Assembly: GCA_030295235.1 (NCBI GenBank) | Contig: AP026137.1 | Coordinates: forward strand, 186,001 to 250,000 | DNA: 64,000 bases | Reading direction: 5' to 3' | Source: Fistulifera solaris | Lineage: Eukaryota | Shown: one piece after another, positions 39,309 to 50,200 of the stretch | How the letters are laid out: each line of letters opens with the position of its first letter | How positions within the stretch are numbered: the stretch's first letter is position 1 | Position numbers and translations under genes: made by a program | The notes under the pieces: generated by a model | Seen by the model: only the letters and a program-made list of their open reading frames with translations | What the model was told of the DNA's origin: nothing | The model's database searches: none

Positions 39309-40184
39309 ATGAGGTCAATACGCACGTTATGGCTACTGACAATACTTCTGTTGGGTAAGAGTATAGTGCGGGCGAAACTAGAGCCACGCCGCAGCAGCGA
39401 TCCCGATTTGATCGAACTAAATCGCCATTACAAGGGATACATAATACATGATGGTGACGATGATTTTCAATGGCGGCAGGAACAGCAGCGGTACTTCTCT
39501 GACGCAGGACGGCATTCACAGCCTGTAACCCACTACGTTCGTCAATTATACGCACAGAGTCCGTCCATTTGCCTTACCTTTATGCTCTCGATCGCTGTCT
39601 TTGTGGCGTGGCAGATTCCGAGCGCTCAACCGTTTTTGCAACGACACTTCTTTTGTAGTATTTTCAATATTGAACAAAGACGCTATCATACACTCCTTCT
39701 AGCGAGTGTTTCTCATAAGGGATTTTATCATCTGCTGGTCAACTGCATGTCCTTGTTGTCGGTCGGTCCTTCGGTGCGGCAAGCCTTGGCGCCGAATCCT
39801 GTTTGGCCTCTACTACTGGGAGCTAGCTTGTCGGGATCGGGGATGTTCTTGATTATGAATCATGTAACGCAAAGTTTCAGTGGCGGTTTGGGTTTATCAG
39901 ACGTGACTTGTGCACTAATCGCATTTTGGGCTCGTCTGTATCCAGAACGAACGTTGCAATTCCGTCTAGGGCCCATTCCTGTCACCATGATGGCCAAGAA
40001 GGCCGTATATGCTTTGGTGGCATGGAGCTTGGCTGCGACGCTCTATCCAGTAATTTCTTTGGGCGATTCGGTAGGACATTGGGCGCATTTGGGTGGGCTA
40101 TTATTTGGCTACTTTTATTACGATTGGTTCTCTCAGCAGTGCAAGAGGCGACATAAGTGGAAGCTTTCGTTCGAATTTCCTTAG
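39309..40184 (+). CDS. Rhomboid-family intramembrane serine protease
   Basis: SH...HLLVNC, GLS (GxS) and HWAHLGG motifs within multiple TM helices. Confidence 0.85.
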   Translation: MRSIRTLWLLTILLLGKSIVRAKLEPRRSSDPDLIELNRHYKGYIIHDGDDDFQWRQEQQRYFSDAGRHSQPVTHYVRQLYAQSPSICLTFMLSIAVFVAWQIPSAQPFLQRHFFCSIFNIEQRRYHTLLLASVSHKGFYHLLVNCMSLLSVGPSVRQALAPNPVWPLLLGASLSGSGMFLIMNHVTQSFSGGLGLSDVTCALIAFWARLYPERTLQFRLGPIPVTMMAKKAVYALVAWSLAATLYPVISLGDSVGHWAHLGGLLFGYFYYDWFSQQCKRRHKWKLSFEFP

Positions 40185-40982
40185 TGAAAGTGGATCCTCT
40201 TGCCTCATTGAATAATGAACCTGATCAAAGGTGGAGTGCAACTCCTACTTTGTTGTCGATCGGCATAGCTAACTTAAGCCGTTGTCGTCGTCAATCGAGA
40301 AGAGACACGACCCTTTCATGCCACTTTTTGAACAACGTACCGGTAGATGTTGTTGCATTCGGAGCACACTTAACGCTTAAGTAATTTTGTTATTTTATAG
40401 TCCATCGAAAAGAAATATTTCCGTTGAACTGTAAATCCACGCCTTGAATCGCTCGCCGTGTTCACCTAGTATTTTACCAACCACAACCACAACCACACTT
40501 ACCAACGTTAAGAGATGTGTCTATCCAACGTAAAGAGATGTGTCTATCAAGCTACATTTTTACGAGCCTTTTTCTTGCGTTCACCAGCCTCAAGCCCTAT
40601 TCATGCTCTGGGCTCCCTCCACGCGATCTTCATTCACGTTTCTGAACCGGTACTCCTAGATAAAAGGATAATTCTTTTTCTTGTTTCAGGCATAGGTTAC
40701 ATCTCAGTGCCAATTGCCAAGTCTTACGAAGTCCGTTTGTCAAGAGGGTCAGTGTCAAGAGTCATGAGTCAAGAGGAGTCACGAGTCACGAGGTCTTCTT
40801 TCTGTCAAGGATAAAGTCATCCGACGCAGCGCGGCAGAAGGTTCACAGTGAGAGCCACAGTAAATTGAGCAAGCGTTTTTACCTCCCTCGCCATCTGTTG
40901 CATTTTTTTATCATTGAGTTGGTCTATTATTATCCATTTTCTTTCAGTTTGCAACCATCATATTCGATTAATTATCACGTCA

Positions 40983-42549
40983 ATGCAGTCAGATTTGTTG
41001 GAGGTGATTTCGAAAGAAGAACTGCCCGTTGAGCAGCAAATACGCTGGCGGAATGTGGACATTGTGCATCGACTCCGCCGAGAACCAACCGATATTAGTG
41101 AATTTAATCACTACGAAGGTCTGGTGGCCATTATCAATGATAATGGAACGGCGGCATTGATCCATCCTCGATTATTTCGCATTATTGGTCTTCCGTTCAA
41201 TGAGAAAAGCTTGAGTTTGACGTTTTACGGAGATGAACGTAAATGTGCGATGACTTGCGCTATTACTGGATTTACGGATAAAGCGGTAGCGGAGACTGCT
41301 GCGCTGTTTTGGAGCTTAGGTCATGCGGAAAGTAGCAATCCTTCGCTTACAATTCGCAGTCATGACAATTACGGTGACGGTGTCTTCGATTTTAGGGCCG
41401 TTCAACCGGAACAACTGGCTCGGATGTTTGAAAGAAACCCAACTAGAAATGTCGTGTTCTCTTATCTAAAAATTAGTGCATTTCAATCAACTGTTCTCGC
41501 AACTCGAACGCATCCTGTGCATCTGCGATTCGGATGCTTCTGTGCTATTGAAGATGACGGCGATGCTCTGGCAGTACGTTATCCAACCGCCAGTCGCCGA
41601 TTGGTTCTCTGAATTTTTCAGCAGTCAATTGCAGTGACGACAGAGTGTGGTTGAGCGACGTTAATCTCAAGCGCCTCTTTCAGATTCCGTTCATCGATGA
41701 ATTGATACTCGATGGCTGTTTCAGTGACGACCTAATTCCATTCCTTTTGCTTCACCCATAAGTACCATTCGCCTGGATGATTGTCATGGTCAAATAACAC
41801 AACGAATACACATTGCGCCTGATGTGCTATCTCTTGAACTCTCGTGCGGACAAGTCTATCCAACTCATTCCTTGTTTTCATACCTTTCTTACCTGGGTCA
41901 CAGGGAGCTAACAAAGCTTTCGGTATTTCTTGGCTGCAACGATGATGCACAGGATAAGGATATTCAAGAGCTCATTCGTTTCATTGGCGCGAGACCTGAC
42001 CTACAAGTGCTCAAATGGTCCAGTCCTCTCCGTTCCGCAGAACTAATGCGAGATTTGTTCGCAGTGGTCGAGCAGCACAAGGGGCTCCGCACCTTTCAAA
42101 TAGTGGATTTTCCATACAAAATGGATCGCCATCACGAGTTTTTAGCAAATTTAATTAAACGAAACAGAGTGATCCGAGTGGTCGATAGCGATGGCGAATT
42201 ATTGATAAATGGAAATGAAATGCATCATACCCATTCTTTGAATCGATTCTACTGCGGTCTACCGAATCTTGGGCATGAATCGCCAGCTATCCGCCCAGCA
42301 CTTGTTAAGGAGGCTTTGATGCATAGTGCGAAGCGAGACTTTCAGCGCGGCGCACTCTTATTGGCCAAACAGACCGACTCGCTCTACCAGTTAGTGCGCA
42401 GTGTACCAGCCGACTTGCCGACGTCAGATGATGGCGACAATAGGATGACTCAAGCATCTGCTCCGAACCTACCGGAGGTAAATAGTAGCGAACGCAAGCG
42501 CGAGGCAAGTTGCTGCTGTGACCATTCATGCAAGCGTGCGAAAATATAA
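40983..42549 (+). CDS. Lineage-expanded hypothetical protein with degenerate LRR/RNI-like C-half (frameshifted)
   Basis: Two adjacent ORFs (40914, 41824) bridged by shifted frames; L..L.. periodicity and LNRFY.G...L motif of the kind seen in expanded pennate diatom families. Confidence 0.55.
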
Positions 42550-43020
42550 ATCCCGACATGGTCCATCTGTGTCATTTTGGATGAAAAAATTGAGAGGGTC
42601 GCCTACGCGCTGCAGGAATGTTATCTCTTTCGAGGGCGTCAGAATGCACTTCCCGAATGGAGTTACCTGCAGGAAAATTTGTGGATATGATTGGAGACCG
42701 ACCGCTTCGGACTTGTGCAGGAGGTAGCATTGGTTCTGATGCCAATGATTATAGACAGGGTCTAGTGTCTAGTTGACGATTATACGAAACTAGAAATAGA
42801 CCCCAAAATGCGTCATGTTTTCATTTTCAGGAATGACATCAATTGAATGCATGTACTAGTTTAAACTTTAAACGCGTAAACACTTCTTTATTTTAATCAA
42901 ATCGTCGGAAACTTAGAATATTGGAGTTTGGAAGCGAACACAGACATATAAGTACATAAAACGAATCAAGACCAGCATCATACGATAGTGGATGAACTGT
43001 GATAAGTACATCAAATGTAC

Positions 43021-44691
43021 TCAGCGGATGGCAAAACGAGAACCAAACGAAGGGGATGCAAGACAATTCGCTGCGCCCTGCTGATCCAGACCGCGAAGAA
43101 GCCGGAACTGCATCGACTTTCCAAATACACAAGGAATTATCAGCGCCCATCGATGCGAGCTTCGTACCGTCGGGGCTCATTCCCATTGACAAGATGCGGC
43201 CTTCGTGGCCGCGCATAATTTGTATTTGCTCCATCTTGGGGTAGCTCCAGGCGACAACAGCGTTCGCGAGAGGAACTCATTTCGTCCCCATAGCCGTGAC
43301 CGGAGTACAACTCCTGATGGTGCTGACCCCAAATCAATGAGCAGACCTGACTTCCTGTAGCCACGCTCTTCAGCAGACTACCCGAGCAGGCATTCCACAG
43401 CTTGATGCAGCCATCTGCGGTCCCCCCACCGCTGGCGAGCACATCAGCGTCGATAGGGACACCATGCCAAACCCTTAACAGCACCCGTGTGTGATTGCAA
43501 AATATGTCGTGGACTCTGACCACGGCCCGACTCCGCGCTCCGTGTCATGGATGCATCCCACAGGTGAACCATATTATCATTTCGACCGCTGGCGAGACAC
43601 GACCCCTCACTATTCCACGCTAAGTTGCACACCGACGAAGAGCCTCCGACAGAAGGTGCCATCGTCATTGTTGTCTCCACGCCACCGCGCAAGTCGTGAT
43701 TACCGATCTTCCCGTTAGTGTACCCTGCGGTCAAATACTGCCGAGAATCATTCCAGCATACTGCACGCATCGTACTGTTTCGACAACCCATGTTGGTCCG
43801 CATAATCTCTTTGCCGCAAGTTGTGTCGAAAATTCGAACGAAGCCGACACTCGTGGCTACAGCAAGGTGATGCGTGCTGCCTTCCATTGTGCACCACTTC
43901 ACAGAACGGACATGGTTTGAGAGGCCCCTTTGGTCGACAGGGCGTTTTACCAGCTCGCAATTTCTTGCACAGCACCGGTAGACTCGTTCATGAGGTACAC
44001 GGATATACCCAGAGCCACAGCTAGAACATTATCCTTGCTCCAGCTGATCGGATTAGTGTAATAATCATCCACAATACCGCGGGCGTTTAAGGACTTCGCC
44101 GGATGAGGGCTTATTGTGCGCTTAGTCACGGCGACATTCAGTTTTTGAGACAAAGCATTGAAACCGCAGCTCGATGATCGTAGCGAGTCCATCGCGAAAG
44201 GGTCCGCAGCAACGATAGGACGACGATTACTTGTCATGGAAGGAGAAACAGAGCCATACTTCATGAGAGACTTCAATTGAAGCTCGTCATCAAGATCGCT
44301 TCGTCGAAACATTGCACAACGTGCTCAGCAATTGCTTCTTGTACGGGAGTTTCATCAAACGAGCTGCGGAAGGAGGACCGACGCAAGCAACATTGGACGA
44401 TTCACACGACTTGGACGCAGAATTCAGCTTTCGACGACACAAATCCATATTCATGCGACGAGACGGAATGAAACGATCCTGATCGTCACAAGGGGCAGTT
44501 TGCGGCGTCAACACATGAAGACTACGGGCAGTCGAACGCATGCGAGGGACTGGAGTTTTGATCATCTGTGGAGTGCCAGGCGCGACAGTCTGCTTCAAGT
44601 CGCGGCATCCAAGACGATTAGGAGTTGATAAATGATTATGCGAATGCATATCAGAGGATAGAACGTTGTTTTGAGAGCAAGAAGACACCAT
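43021..44691 (-). CDS. CDC20: CDC20/Fizzy-family APC/C activator, copy A (several indels)
   Basis: C-box DRFIPSR; DDYYTNPISWSKDNVLAVALG; HTGAVKGLAWCP; LASGGGTADGCIKLWN; GHEGRIL...SPDG; terminal ...FAIR-stop (IR tail). Confidence 0.9.
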
Positions 44692-45230
44692 GGTGTGATT
44701 TTGGGGTTCAAAGCAAAATTGTGCGGATAAGGCTTGCTGCGGTACAAATTTGTACGAGACAAATACGCTGATGTAGCGAGTTGTACAGAGAACCACGTAG
44801 GTTAGAATGTACAATACAGGGCACGGCGTTAAAAATTCCCCGCCTTGCCGTCGCAGCGTGTTAGGAAAGACCTTTTCGATTAGGGTTTTTCATGACTCCA
44901 TCGCACAGTCTCTCACTCTCTCAGCGTGCAGAATTTTGTAGCGGCTGTGTTAGTGCGTAAAAAGACCTCGTCCTTCGTCCCCGACGCCGTTTTACTCATT
45001 CATCTATATAAATTGTAAGGCGTTTCACATAATGTCTATGAAATTCCCTATAGAGTTTAATGTAGTCTTTAACCACATTTTTGCTTATAGTCGCTCACGT
45101 TTGTGTTTCAACGGCTCGCCAACGGATTTCATGTGGCACTCGCTAATACGGCAGTTCAGCGGTCTTTCAAAATCTACGTTTATTGAGAGGCCCGATAACG
45201 CAAACTACGTTTTGGTCTCAAGCATGTGCA

Positions 45231-45360
45231 ACTTCCCCGCCATTCCCCAACTTTCCCCGCCATTCCCCAACTTTCCCCGCCATTCCCCAACTTTCCCCGC
45301 CATTCCCCAACTTTCCCCGCCATTCCCCAACTTTCCCCGCCATTCCCCGTACTTCCCCAG
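45231..45360. repeat. Minisatellite CATTCCCCAACTTTCCCCGC, 5 perfect copies plus degenerate flanks
   Basis: Perfect units at 45241..45340. Confidence 0.95.
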
Positions 45361-45910
45361 ATTTCTCGTTAGCCCAGAATTTCCTGGAATAAATTGCGAA
45401 TTACCAATCACGAGTTGCGCATTCTGATCTACCAGGTACCTTGAAAATGACAAGTAAACTTATTGATGGCTGAGACAATTAACGAATTTTAAAAGTAAAT
45501 AGAATTTTTATGAATTGAACTGATGCTCTACAGTAGTCTTTCACGACCTTGGTCGATTGTCTAACTCTTAGCCACGTGCTACACGATCAGTTGCTCCTAG
45601 CGTGGGCCCGCCGTCGTAGTCCATTCCAGTCCGTCTGCTGCACCAAGCATTTCTGCCTGTGCTGTTCCGAAAGCGGAAGACCGCGAGTGAGGTGCCCAGC
45701 CAGCTCGTCTCCCACGGATAGTCCTGCACCCTCTAGTAGAGCCGGAGCTCCAACGCCCTTTCCAGTATCAGGTATGCTCTATTTTCGTGATGTACAAGTA
45801 CTACGCGACGTAGTCTGTACATTTTCGATTCGCTCAAATTTGAGACTTTGAAAGAGAGCTCTTTGTTCGCTGTAGGACAAGGGTAAGAACGCTCTGACAT
45901 GTCTTTTATA

Positions 45911-46050
45911 CTTCCCGGATATCCCCGATAATCCCCGGGATTCTCGGGGATTCTCGGGGATTCCCGGGATTCCCGAGATTCCTGGGGATTCTCGGGGATT
46001 CCCGGGGATTCCCCAACTTTCCCCAACATTCCCCATCTTTCCCCGAAATT
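45911..46050. repeat. ~10-bp degenerate repeat (GGGATTCYCG) grading into TTCCCCAAC units
   Basis: Directly visible just inside the right TIR. Confidence 0.9.
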
Positions 46051-47364
46051 CTGGAATTGAGCGAAACGTAATTTACACCGAGGTAAATTCACGTAAACAT
46101 AGTTTTTTCGCGATGCGACAGGCAAAATGCGTTTTTGTCAACGAGTACCAGATGCAATCCGTTGGCGAGTCTTCGAAACACCAACTGGAGCGACTATTGA
46201 ACAAGATGGTGTCTTAAGACTACATAAAAACTTAGAGACAAAGAATAATTGATATAATGTGAAACGCCTTACCATTTTATATAGGCTATTTAAGTGGGGC
46301 CCGTTGGAGATGAAATACGAGGTCTTTTTTTACGTAGTAACACAGCCTTTACAAAATTCCGCACGGTGAGAGAGTGAGAGACTGTGCGATGGAGTCATGA
46401 AAAACCCTAATCGAAAAGGTCTTTCCCGACAAGCAGCGACAAAAAGGCGGGGAATTTTTAACGCCGCGCCCAGACTGTATTATATCGTACCGGAATCGTA
46501 CGGCAGTTGTATATTTTCATTGCTCTCGCAAAAATATCCGCATTGAGATCAATTTGAAGCGCATTTATAGTCTTCAGGTCCTCTTTTTATTATAAATGAG
46601 GCAACAAGTCACTCTTGAGTCGGATTTCGGTGTTTCGCAGGTACTCGCGACGCTTGTCTAACTGTAGTTGTCGTCAAACAGCGGGCAATAAATTCCATGA
46701 GATCATTATCAACCGACGCGATTGATGTGATCCTTCACCGTGTGGAGTTGCCACAGCTCATCCTGAGCTCTCGCTAGTGAATTTCTGACTGTTTGAATAA
46801 AGACACGAATGGAAATCGAAGGGCGCACCTTCCTGCTATTTGTGTGTTTCAAGAGAGACGGGGAACATTATACTGAAGCTCGAAGATCATGTGCATGTCG
46901 TTTGTCGTTTCTCTACAAAGTATATATCGCCGTTTATCTGCTCAACTATTTATTAGCGTCAATAAAAACTACAAACTGATCAAGTAAAAGGTTTACGAAA
47001 AACGAATCTAACACTCTTAAATATTATTAGTATGGCGAAGATGAGATGGATGCAACGCAGCTCCATTCAATTATATTCATTCAGCAAGGCATTTTGCTTG
47101 TGCTTAGGAATGACGATGACGAAAAGAAACGCAGCAGATCAAAGGACAACAGAACAGTCAAACAAACACACGATTCGCCACAACGTGATTTCAACAAACA
47201 GTCTTGGATGTGGCTGTGGATGTTTAAGAGCTAATGCAAAGTTGCAACGATTGCAATCGCACTGCCCTGCTGAATCAAACATCAAAGACTCGAACGCCAA
47301 GTAGGGTCTGAGCAGTGAAAGAAAGTGGAAGACGAGTTTGATCCGAACCGAACATGCGCGACTC

Positions 47365-48204
47365 TTACGACCTGGCTGCACGACGACGGCGACGCTTCGC
47401 TTCCACAGCTAGGTAGGCTTTCGCGGCCCTGTCGGGGTGAAAGCGGCCCTCTGCAATAGCACTGTGCCAAGCAGCAGTGTACTTTTTCATACAAGCCAAG
47501 TATTCCTCGCGCGAGCAACCGGTTATTGGAGTGTCATCAGGAAGATGTTTAAAAACATTAAACATGTAAGCGCCAACTGAGCCGGATGGGTCAATTCTCC
47601 AAGATGAGTGCGAAAGAATTCATCTTCTTCCACCACATTATCCAGACAAAAACGACTGTTTTCAAACTCACGTTCCACCAACCTCTTATCACCCTCCAGG
47701 TTCAAGGTCCGTACGTCGCAGTACATGTGGTCCTTCTCCTCCTTCGTCAACGAGTAACGATTGGGGATTTCCTTTATGCCTGTCACAATCTGTGGTGCAA
47801 AGGTGACACTGCAAGGAGGAGAACAAGAAAGGCTTGTCGATTGTTCGTGAGAAGCCCTCTGCACCGTTCGACAAAGGCTGGACGGAAACTAGCGGTGATT
47901 CCGGACGCACAGCATGTCGATGCTTCATACGCAGTATCGACATCGGCTTCTGGCTCCGACGGGCCTACATCATTCGTCTCCTCAATCAATGAAGGAGTAC
48001 AATCAAAAGGTCACCAGGTTGCACTAGGGTCGCGACGGAATCGTCCGAATCAACCAGAAGATCTCGATCTTGACTCAGGGCTACAGGGCGGCTGATCTGC
48101 CGCCGAACACAGTTTTCGGGGCTCTTCGTTCGCTGCCGCTTGTACGACGGCTCTCCATGACTTTGGGAACTCAGGGAAGAGATAGAACGCTTTGAAACGC
48201 GCAT
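47365..48204 (-). CDS. Diatom hypothetical protein, copy A (frameshifted)
   Basis: MRVSKRSISS..KRQRT..SILRMK..VTFAPQIV..PNRYS..VVEEDEFF..G.LTHPA; paralog at 52668. Confidence 0.7.
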
Positions 48205-48483
48205 TTTGTTTGCTTTTAGTTGAGAATAGCGATTTTAATCAGCAATAACGGTGTTTTGTGCGTGCAACGCCGCGGTGTGTATATTATGGAGTATTTTGCG
48301 CTTGCTGCTGACTGCTGACGGACAGGGTCACCGACGATTACTAAAAGTCGTAGCGGGTCTAATACATCGTAGCCACGTATTAAACCGGTACTCAAAATTA
48401 CGTAACCATTACCCCTGCTGTTGCTGTACATAAAGTACAGTAGCTTGGCCGATTGCATGCGCAAAACTGCAAAACCTTTGTAA

Positions 48484-50127
48484 TTGACTTTACAATCAAT
48501 CATGATGATAATGACCGTTCCTTCTATGGGACTCTTTTCATTGCTTGTAAGCTCTATTTTGCGACCAGCACCACTCGTGCAGAGGTTTGTGGGACGGTTG
48601 CCTTGTGTTGTGGGGAGAAGTTGCGCGATTGTTTCCGCGAGTGTCTTGTACAGCAGCAACAATCAAAATCCATTTTCATCCTTTATGAAAGACATGACGT
48701 CTTCTCTGATGGGAAATTCATTGCCGTTGCAACCGCAAGTCGATCAAATACTCGCATCCGTGGAAACCCTGTCGTCTTGGGATCACGTTCGATTGACCCT
48801 AGAATCAAAAATGACAACTGACAACGAACGACTCTTTCGTGCCAATATCGACAAGGGATATGGTGTAGCATCGCCCTTGCATCGCGTCCGATTGTTTGAT
48901 GCATCGAATCGGGAAGAAGACATCCGTGTCGTTTTCTATCGAGACTCGGCTTCCTGGTGTCCATATTGTCAAAAAGTGTGGTTGACTTTGGAAGAAAAAC
49001 GCATTCCGTATCGCGTCGAAAAGGTCAATATGCGCTGTTACGGAGACAAACCGGCTTCCTTTATGCGGATGCAACCGAGTGGACAAATTCCGGTGGCGGT
49101 GATTGATGGGAAAGTCTACGGGCAATCGAATGATATCTTGTACGTTCTGGAAGAAAGTTTCCCTGAATACAAGTCGTTGAAACCGCCGAAAGGGACCGAG
49201 CCGAAAGCACAGGAATTACTGCGTCTCGAACGGCAACTCTTTTCGGCATGGATGTATTGGTTGACAAGTAGTGGCGGTGCACGTCTGCGACAAGAATTTG
49301 TGCAAGTATTGCAGCAGGTCGAGCGCGAGTTACAAAGCACTGGTCCCTTTTTCATGGGAAAACAAGTCACGACGGTGGATTTCATGTACGCATCGTTTTT
49401 GGAACGTATGGCGGCATCCCTATTGTATTACAAAGGTTTTGTAATGCGTGTTGCACCCGGTCAAGCAACGGATTATCCCGCAGTAAATCGTTGGTTTGAC
49501 GCCATGGAGACGTTGGAATCCTACCAGTTGACCAAAAGTGACTATTATACGCACTGTTGGGATTTACCACCTCAGTTGGGTGGGTGCGTTGCGGAGCCCG
49601 CGGGAGATATTTATCGACGAACCATTGATGGTGAGCGCCTACCCGATGATAGTCGAGGGAGTTGGGAGCTGCCCCTTGAACCACACAATGGAGGGGTGGA
49701 ACCGGACTGGACGTGGGCGGGGGATGAGGCATGGGCTCGTCGGGAAGCTGTCGAGCGACTATCCGCCAATTACAATGCGATCGTGCGATTTGCCGCACGT
49801 GGGGCGGGACGAAAAGGAATGCCACCCGTGTCAGCTCCGTTGGCTGATCCCAATGCCGTTCCCAGTGAGGCGGTGATAGGGTCGGTGGATGCGATTCTGC
49901 GCATCGTTTGCATGGCACTTCTTGACGGGACGGAGCAGCATAGTGCCGCGTTGATGCAAACAGCAAATATCATTCATCAAGGTGGTAAAGAGTTACAAAA
50001 TGGTGTGGTGGATAGTCTTGCATATCTGAGGGACCGAGTGGGTGTCCCTCGTGATATGAAGTTACCTGCGGCTCGCCAACTCCGAGCTTATTTGAATTGG
50101 GCGATCGAAAAAGTTCTCGATGCTTGA
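48484..50127 (+). CDS. Cys-type glutathione S-transferase (CPYC active site) with N-terminal extension; start uncertain
   Basis: FYRDSASWCPYCQKVWLTLEEKRIPY, G.IPV, QSNDIL, GPFFMG...VD. Confidence 0.88.
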   Translation: MTLQSIMMIMTVPSMGLFSLLVSSILRPAPLVQRFVGRLPCVVGRSCAIVSASVLYSSNNQNPFSSFMKDMTSSLMGNSLPLQPQVDQILASVETLSSWDHVRLTLESKMTTDNERLFRANIDKGYGVASPLHRVRLFDASNREEDIRVVFYRDSASWCPYCQKVWLTLEEKRIPYRVEKVNMRCYGDKPASFMRMQPSGQIPVAVIDGKVYGQSNDILYVLEESFPEYKSLKPPKGTEPKAQELLRLERQLFSAWMYWLTSSGGARLRQEFVQVLQQVERELQSTGPFFMGKQVTTVDFMYASFLERMAASLLYYKGFVMRVAPGQATDYPAVNRWFDAMETLESYQLTKSDYYTHCWDLPPQLGGCVAEPAGDIYRRTIDGERLPDDSRGSWELPLEPHNGGVEPDWTWAGDEAWARREAVERLSANYNAIVRFAARGAGRKGMPPVSAPLADPNAVPSEAVIGSVDAILRIVCMALLDGTEQHSAALMQTANIIHQGGKELQNGVVDSLAYLRDRVGVPRDMKLPAARQLRAYLNWAIEKVLDA

Positions 50128-50200
50128 AATAGTTTTGCAATTAAAAACAGCGTTATTACGAGTTAGTTTTTGCCAAAAATGTACAAAAGACTTTCCCCTT

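Larger units (their letters stand above)
44817..46477. mobile_element. Non-autonomous TIR/foldback DNA transposon, ~1.66 kb, ~400 bp imperfect TIRs, probable TA target duplication
   Basis: Left end TA|CAGGGCACGGCGTTAAAAATTCCCCGCC, right end GGCGGGGAATTTTTAACGCCGCGCCCAGACTG|TA; inverted similarity runs to ~45225/46055; absent from the paralogous arm near 54340-54350; no transposase ORF. Confidence 0.85.

Noticed and set aside
44879..44890. Telomeric repeat (TTAGGG)
   Set aside because: Single unit within each TIR, not an array.
45183..46125. ORFs made of FPAIPQLSPP / ESPGIPEN repeats
   Set aside because: Translations of minisatellites inside the TIR element; no transposase motifs.
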